A program made the translations under genes and the position numbers. A stretch of DNA of 64,000 bases from an uncultured Chloroflexia bacterium. Lineage in GTDB: Bacteria; Chloroflexota; Limnocylindria; QHBO01. Of this stretch, positions 58,316-64,000 are shown one piece after another. How positions within the stretch are numbered: the first letter of the stretch is position 1; each line of letters starts with the position of its first letter. The stretch spans positions 1,760,001 through 1,824,000 of the forward strand of contig CAWGTN010000002.1 in the NCBI GenBank assembly GCA_963825525.1, in the 5' to 3' direction. The notes beneath the pieces were generated by a model. That model made no database searches and was not told the origin of the DNA. It saw only the letters and a list, made by a program, of their open reading frames with translations.

Positions 58316-59871
58316 CCGTCCGCGCCGAAATCGGCCGCCAGGCCCATCGGCCCCTCGGCATACAGGCGACGGTCCATGGTCGCCAGGTCGTCGGCGACAC
58401 GTGGGCGGAAGGCCATCTGGCCGAGCACGTCGCGTTCGAGGTCGATGCCCGGTGCGATCTCGATCAGGACCAGGCCGTCATCGGCCAGGGCAAAGACGGC
58501 CCGATCGGTGATGTAGCGCACCTCCTGCCCGCGCTCGCGCGCCAGGCGACCGCTGAACGAGATCTCGCGAACTTCCGGCACGAACTTCGGCAGCTTGCCC
58601 TCGGTCGTGATCCGCACTCCGTCGGCGATCTCCAGCTCGAGGCCCTGTGCGGTGAGGGTGCCGACGAAGTTGATGCGCGGCGTGCGCGCGCTGATGTTCG
58701 GGAAGCCGCCCGGGCCGCGCACGCGACCTTCGAACGCGTGGACGTTGACGTTGCCCTCCGCGTCGACCTCCGCGAACGAGAGGCTGGCAATGTCGAGGCC
58801 TCCGCCGTCATAGAAGTCGAACATGTACGGCTGGTCGATCATGGCCTGGTAGTTGAAGCCGGCCCCGCCCTCGTTGCCGGCGATGGGGACGCCGCCGAAC
58901 ATGCCCTGCTCGACGGTCAGCACCAGCTGGTCGGTGATGCCCTCTTCCCACGCCACCCGGCCGATGAGCTGGCTGATCCCGAAGCCCAGGTTGCAGATCG
59001 CCCCGCGCGGAAACTCGAGCAGGGATCGTCGAGCGATGATCTTCCGCACGTCGAGCGGCAGCGGCGGCTCATCGGTCACCGGTCGGCGCATTGCCCCCGC
59101 GTAGTAGGGCGAGTCGCGCGTGATGTACGTCTGCCACTGGTCAGGGTCGACATAGACGTGGTCCACCAGCGCCCCGGGAACCTTGACGCCGCGCATCGGC
59201 AGGCTCCCGCGCCGCGCGAGCTGGCGAACCTGCGCGATGACGATGCCACCGCTGTTGCGCGCGGCCATGGCCATCGACAGCATCTCGCCCTGGACCGCCT
59301 CGCCCTCCATGGTCAGGTTGCCGTCCTCGTCTGCCGTCGTGCCGCGGATGACCGCGACGTCGATCGGGAAGGCGTGGAAGAGGAGCCATTCCCGGCCGCG
59401 CAGGGTGACCACCTCGACCAGATCTTCGGTCGTCCGGGAGTTCTGCTTGCCACCGGTCTGGCGTGGGTCGACGTAGGTGCCCAGGCCGACTTGGGTGACG
59501 AGGCCGGGCCGCCCGGCCGCGATCTCGCGTGTCAGCTGGCTCAGGACGCCCTGCGGGAACGAGTACGCCTCCAGCTCGTTGGCCTCCACCAGGGCGCCAA
59601 GGCGTGGCTCGTTGCCGATGTTGCTGCCGATCGTCCGTCGCATCAGCCCCGGCAGGCCCAACTGGCTGAAGCCCCGCTCGGCGAAGTCGCCGATGCCGAC
59701 CACGCGCACGGTGGTCAGGTCGCGGGGCCGTCCCTCCGTCTCGAAGACGGTCGCGAGCTCGTCGATGAAGCGCTGCGGGAGGGCATGTCCCGCGCCGGAT
59801 CCGCCGATGAGCACCGTGCTCCCATCGCGGACGAGGCCCACTGCGTCTCTGACGCCGATCACCTTGCTCAT
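58312..59871 (-). CDS. Acyl-CoA:acetate CoA-transferase, fused alpha/beta (YdiF/propionate CoA-transferase family)
   Basis: FPQGV, VGLGTYVDPR, RGTTADEDGN, NLGFG, TVEQG, FDFYDGGGLD, GPGGF.NI. Confidence 0.9.
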   Translation of the reverse strand: MSKVIGVRDAVGLVRDGSTVLIGGSGAGHALPQRFIDELATVFETEGRPRDLTTVRVVGIGDFAERGFSQLGLPGLMRRTIGSNIGNEPRLGALVEANELEAYSFPQGVLSQLTREIAAGRPGLVTQVGLGTYVDPRQTGGKQNSRTTEDLVEVVTLRGREWLLFHAFPIDVAVIRGTTADEDGNLTMEGEAVQGEMLSMAMAARNSGGIVIAQVRQLARRGSLPMRGVKVPGALVDHVYVDPDQWQTYITRDSPYYAGAMRRPVTDEPPLPLDVRKIIARRSLLEFPRGAICNLGFGISQLIGRVAWEEGITDQLVLTVEQGMFGGVPIAGNEGGAGFNYQAMIDQPYMFDFYDGGGLDIASLSFAEVDAEGNVNVHAFEGRVRGPGGFPNISARTPRINFVGTLTAQGLELEIADGVRITTEGKLPKFVPEVREISFSGRLARERGQEVRYITDRAVFALADDGLVLIEIAPGIDLERDVLGQMAFRPRVADDLATMDRRLYAEGPMGLAADFGADG

Positions 59872-60623
59872 GGCATGTGTGCTCCGCCGTTCGGATTGAG
59901 GGTCTGGCCGACGAACAGGCTCGCCGCATCGGTCAGGAGGAAGATGACGGCCTCGGCGACCTCGTTCGGCGTGCCGAATCGACCGAGCGGGATGTCGCGC
60001 AGGCGCTGGCGGCCGGCCTCCGACTCGGCGAGATCGGCGGTCATCTCGGTGACGATGAAGCCGGGCGCGACGGCGTTGACGCGAATGCCGTGCGGGCCGA
60101 ACTCGCGCGCCAGCGACCGGGTCAGCCCGATCAGCCCTGCTTTGGCCGCGCTGTACGCCGCGGTCTGAGGCACGCCGGCCTGTCCGAGGCGCGAGGCGAT
60201 GTTCACGATGGCGCCGGTTCCTCGTTCCAGCATCCCGGGAATCGCGGCCCGGCAGGTGTGGAAGGCGGCGCTGAGGTCGGTTCGGATGACCTGATCCCAC
60301 TCCGCCGGATCGATCTCGAGGAACGGTCCAACCTGCGTCAGCCCCGCGTTGTTGACGAGGGCGTCGAGCTGTCCGAAGTGGTCGATCACCTCGGCCACGA
60401 GGGCCTCCGCCCGTGCTCCATCGGCCAGGTCGGCGGTGAAGCCGGTTGCCTCGCCTCCGGCCTCCCGGATCCGGGCGAGCGTTCGTTCGGCGGCATCCCC
60501 ACCGTGCAGCGAGTGGACCGCAACCCGGGCGCCGTTCGCGGCTGCCATGACCGCGATCTCGGCACCGATGCCCCGGCTGCTGCCGGTGACCAGCACCACG
60601 CGGCCCGCGAGCCGATCCGTCAT
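59868..60623 (-). CDS. SDR family oxidoreductase (FabG-like)
   Basis: TGSSRGIG, NNAG, YSAAK, VNAVAPG. Confidence 0.93.
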   Translation of the reverse strand: MTDRLAGRVVLVTGSSRGIGAEIAVMAAANGARVAVHSLHGGDAAERTLARIREAGGEATGFTADLADGARAEALVAEVIDHFGQLDALVNNAGLTQVGPFLEIDPAEWDQVIRTDLSAAFHTCRAAIPGMLERGTGAIVNIASRLGQAGVPQTAAYSAAKAGLIGLTRSLAREFGPHGIRVNAVAPGFIVTEMTADLAESEAGRQRLRDIPLGRFGTPNEVAEAVIFLLTDAASLFVGQTLNPNGGAHMP

Positions 60624-61537
60624 CGGGTCAATCCCGCGGCGGCCAGTGCGTCGCGGACCGCAGTCACGGCGTCGTTTCCGACGGGAAGGAGCGGCGGCCG
60701 CATGACGGTGCTCTCGATCACGCCGAGCTCACGCAACGCGACCTTGGTCCGCGCGCGATAGTCGCGGACCGGCGGCCCGTAGACCGCCTCCTCGAGCGGC
60801 AGGATCCGCTCCCAGATTGCGCGCGCGTCGGCCCAGCGGTCCTCGCGGGTGAGCCGCACCATCTCCACCTGGAGGTCGGTGGCCAGCGTGCCGAAGCCGA
60901 TGAGCGCGCCCTCCGCCCCCATCACGAACGACTCGTAGATGAAGTTGTCGTCGCCGGTGAGGAGGTCGATCGGCCGTTCGAGGCGTTCGATCATGCGACG
61001 GGTGGCGAGGTAGAGGCGCGCGTCGAACGAGGCCTCCTTGAGCGCGACCACGCTGTCGATGGCGGCGATGCGTCGCAGGATCTCCTCCGAGAAGATGACG
61101 CCGCCCAGTGCGGGCTGGAGCTGGAACGCGATGAGGGGCAGGCCGCAGCCCCGTGCGATCGCCTCGTGGTATGCGACCGGGACGGCCGGATCGAGCGGGG
61201 TGCCCTGGTAGACAGGGATGGGGAACACCAGCAGGCCGGCAGCCCCGGCCTGCTCGGCGCGCTTCGCCTCTTCGACCGCCTGCGCGGTGTACTGGGCGGA
61301 GAGCCCGGCCACGATCGGGATGTCACCGGCGACGTCGACCGCCACCCGGAGGACCTGCTGACGCTCGTCCGGGGAGAGATGCGGACCCTCGCCCGTATCG
61401 GCATTGATCGCCAGCGCCACCGGCCCCTGGGGAAGCAGCCACTCCAGGTAGCGTCGATATGCGGACTCGTCGAATCGCCCGTCGGCGTCGAAGGTGACGA
61501 TGCACGCGGGCACGATCCCGCGCAGGTTGAGACTCAT
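60620..61537 (-). CDS. DapA/NanA-superfamily class I aldolase/lyase (not canonical DapA)
   Basis: TIM barrel with ADTGE in place of GTTGE and Schiff-base ALKEAS; Phe at the usual catalytic Tyr (IAFQ). Confidence 0.85.
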   Translation of the reverse strand: MSLNLRGIVPACIVTFDADGRFDESAYRRYLEWLLPQGPVALAINADTGEGPHLSPDERQQVLRVAVDVAGDIPIVAGLSAQYTAQAVEEAKRAEQAGAAGLLVFPIPVYQGTPLDPAVPVAYHEAIARGCGLPLIAFQLQPALGGVIFSEEILRRIAAIDSVVALKEASFDARLYLATRRMIERLERPIDLLTGDDNFIYESFVMGAEGALIGFGTLATDLQVEMVRLTREDRWADARAIWERILPLEEAVYGPPVRDYRARTKVALRELGVIESTVMRPPLLPVGNDAVTAVRDALAAAGLTR

Positions 61538-62580
61538 GCTGATCCTTTCGTGGCGGTGAGGAGGCGTCCGGGGACCCCGGTGGAGTCGCGCATCACGACC
61601 TCGGTCGGGAGCAGCTCGGGCTCGGGACGATCCCCGGCGATCTGCCGGATGGCGAGCTCGAAGCCGCGACGGCCCAGCTCACGCAGGGGGAGGCGGACCG
61701 TGGAGAGGCGCGGCGCCGTGAGGCTCGCGGTCGAGATGTCGTCGAAGCCCGCGACCGACACGTCGCCCGGGACCGAGATCCCGCGCTCGGCGAGATGCGT
61801 CAGGGCGCCGAGCGCGAGCAGGTCGTTGGCGCAGCAGATGGCCGTGAAGTCGGCGCCCTTCGAGAGGAGGGCCTCAACGCCGAGGGCACCACCCTCGCGG
61901 TCGAAGGCGGTCGACACGATGAGCGACTCATCGACCTCGATACCGACCTCGGCCAGGCCGCGCCGATAGCCCTCGAGCCGTTCGCGCGCCACGTAGAGGG
62001 CGGTGGGACCTGCGAGGAAGGCGATCCTGCGATGGCCGAGCTCGGCCAGCGCCGCGACCATGCGAGCGATCCCGGCGGCGTTGTCCACGCCCACCTCGGG
62101 GCTGCCGAACGCGTGCGGGGACAGGTGGACGACCGCCGCGCCGTTGGCGCGAATGCCGTCGAGGTGACGACGGAGCGCCTGGTTGTGGTCCGGGTCATCC
62201 ATGCCACTGCCGGCGAAGATGACCGCCGCGGCACGCATCGAGCGCAGGAGTCGGACGTACGAACCCTCGCGCTCGGGGCTGCGGTCGGAGCTGCACGTGA
62301 TCACGAGGTAGTCACCCGGCGTCGCGGCATCCTCCACGCCGCGGACGACCTCGGAGAAGTACGGGTCCGTGATGTCGTGGACGATCACCCCGACCACGGC
62401 GATCTGCTGCTTGAGCAGGCCGCGGGCGAGGGCGTTCGGCACGTAATCGAGCGCGGTGGCCGCGTCGAGGACGCGCTTGCGGGCACCCGGGCTGACGGGG
62501 TAGTCCGCCGCCCCGATGACGCGCGAGGCAGTGGCAATCGACACCCCTGCCAGTCGCGCCACCTCGGTGATCGATGTCAT
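61534..62580 (-). CDS. LacI family transcriptional regulator
   Basis: SITEVARLAGVSIATASRV, YVPNALARGL, LGHRRIAF, VPGDVSVAGFDD. Confidence 0.95.
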   Translation of the reverse strand: MTSITEVARLAGVSIATASRVIGAADYPVSPGARKRVLDAATALDYVPNALARGLLKQQIAVVGVIVHDITDPYFSEVVRGVEDAATPGDYLVITCSSDRSPEREGSYVRLLRSMRAAAVIFAGSGMDDPDHNQALRRHLDGIRANGAAVVHLSPHAFGSPEVGVDNAAGIARMVAALAELGHRRIAFLAGPTALYVARERLEGYRRGLAEVGIEVDESLIVSTAFDREGGALGVEALLSKGADFTAICCANDLLALGALTHLAERGISVPGDVSVAGFDDISTASLTAPRLSTVRLPLRELGRRGFELAIRQIAGDRPEPELLPTEVVMRDSTGVPGRLLTATKGSA

Positions 62581-62589
62581 CCGATCGAC

Positions 62590-64000
62590 TCAGTACGGGT
62601 GCGGGAACGACTTGGGCTCGTCGCGGACGGTGACCCACTGCCACTCGGTGAAGGCCTCGAGGTTGGCCTCGCCCCCGAATCGACCGCCGTTGCCCGACAT
62701 GCCCATCCCGCCGAACGGGATGACGGCCTCGTCGTTGATCGTCTGGTCGTTGACGTGGACCATGCCGGCCCGGATCCGGTTGGCAATCGACAGGCCGCGC
62801 GAGATCGAACGGGAGTACACGGCGCCGGCAAGCCCGTAGTCGCTCGCGTTGGCGAGCGCGATCGCCTCGGCGTCCGACTCGAACGTCACGACCGGCGCCA
62901 CCGGCCCGAAGATCTCATCGGTCCAGGCAGGGTGATCGGTCGTGACATCCGCCAGTACCGTGGGCCGGTAGAAGAGCCCCTCGTGCGTCCCGCCCTCGGC
63001 GACCCGCGCGCCCCCGGCCACCGATCGCTGGACGATCCCGTCCACGCGCGCCAGCTGCTGCTCGTTGACGATCGGGCCCAGGTCGACGTCCTCGCGGTAC
63101 GGATCGCCGGTCCGCAGGCGGCGAGCCTTCTCCGCCAGCAGGCGCACGTACTCCTCGGCCACCGACCGATGCACGATGTGCCGTCCGACCGCGAAGCAGA
63201 CCTGTCCCTGGAACTGGAACGAGGAATAGGCACCGGCGGATGCCGCCGCCTCGAGGTCGGCGTCGTCGCAGACCACGAATGCGTTGTTTCCGCCGAGCTC
63301 CAGCGAGACCTTCTTCAGCAGGCCGCCGGCGAGCGCGCCAACGTGGCGCCCGACCTCGGTCGAACCGGTGAACGACACGACGCGGATGTTCTTGTCGGTG
63401 ACGAGCGCCTCGCCCGCCTCGGCATCGCCGATGACGATCTGCAGGAGACCGTCGGGCAGTCCCGCGGCCGCGAAAACGGCGGCGAAGACCGCGCCACCGC
63501 AGACCGGGGTCTGGGGATCCGGCTTGAGCACCACCGCGTTCCCGAGCGCCAGCGCCGGCGCCACGACCCGCATCCCGAGGACGCTCGGCGAGTTCCATGG
63601 CGTGATCGCGCCGATGACGCCCACCGGCACGCGCCGGGACATCGACAGCCGGCCGGGCTGCGCGGACGGGAGCAGCGAGCCGTAGGGCTGGGACGGCAGC
63701 GTCGCCGCGTTCAGGATCTCCTGCGCGGTGAAGTTCTGCTCGTGGTGCATCTTGTTGCGATGCGCCCCGGTCTCGCGCTGGGTCCAGGCGCCGAACTCGT
63801 CCCGGTGTGCCTCGTAGATGTCGGCCGCCCGGCGCATGATGGCCGCCCGCTCCTGGTAGTTCGTCTCGGCCCAGGCCAGCTGGGCCTCCGCCGCGGTCGT
63901 CGCCGCACTTCGCACGTCCTCGACCGTCGAGCGCTTGAGCGTCAGCAGGGGGCGGCCGGTTGCCGGCTCTCGCACCTCGTAGGACTCGCCCGAGCCCGGC
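62590..64000 (-). CDS. Aldehyde dehydrogenase, benzaldehyde dehydrogenase-like (5' truncated by window)
   Basis: ITPWN, VLKP, FTGST, LELGGN, QGQVC, EIFGPV, PFGG; frame open to the window edge. Confidence 0.92.
   Translation of the reverse strand, partial: PGSGESYEVREPATGRPLLTLKRSTVEDVRSAATTAAEAQLAWAETNYQERAAIMRRAADIYEAHRDEFGAWTQRETGAHRNKMHHEQNFTAQEILNAATLPSQPYGSLLPSAQPGRLSMSRRVPVGVIGAITPWNSPSVLGMRVVAPALALGNAVVLKPDPQTPVCGGAVFAAVFAAAGLPDGLLQIVIGDAEAGEALVTDKNIRVVSFTGSTEVGRHVGALAGGLLKKVSLELGGNNAFVVCDDADLEAAASAGAYSSFQFQGQVCFAVGRHIVHRSVAEEYVRLLAEKARRLRTGDPYREDVDLGPIVNEQQLARVDGIVQRSVAGGARVAEGGTHEGLFYRPTVLADVTTDHPAWTDEIFGPVAPVVTFESDAEAIALANASDYGLAGAVYSRSISRGLSIANRIRAGMVHVNDQTINDEAVIPFGGMGMSGNGGRFGGEANLEAFTEWQWVTVRDEPKSFPHPY

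Overview
High-GC bacterial chromosomal segment, densely coding, with about 64 CDS and one tRNA-Gln(CTG). Many Ser/Pro/Ala-linker lipoproteins, F420-type enzyme families and a Kgd-type 2-oxoglutarate dehydrogenase suggest a monoderm such as Chloroflexota or an Actinomycetota-like lineage; this is inference only. 1-37.6 kb is mostly housekeeping: gltX, mutY, lysC, thrB, thrC, tag, mgtE, kgd/sucA, pxpABC and an ABC-F protein. Embedded at 12.7-25.3 kb is a signalling module: a 5-GAF/2-PAS HisKA_3 kinase, a class III cyclase-REC-LuxR HTH fusion with altered active-site residues, an unannotated 58-aa small protein, and a recurring 16-bp operator-like motif (TACGTCAtyCGkCC). Next come an internally duplicated His/Met-rich lipoprotein plus cupredoxin (38.5-40.3 kb), a ROK/GntR-controlled sugar catabolic cluster (40.5-53.9 kb) and a LacI-associated catabolic operon of unknown substrate (53.9-64 kb). 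Two gaplessly alignable copies of a ~140-150 bp modular palindromic intergenic element lie at ~35.85 kb and ~40.3 kb. Many genes look leaderless (TAnnnT 6-9 nt before the start codon). Five genes carry apparent +1 frameshifts, most likely assembly indels. No CRISPR, rRNA, integrase or transposase was seen. All calls come from reading motifs by eye; no database search was run.
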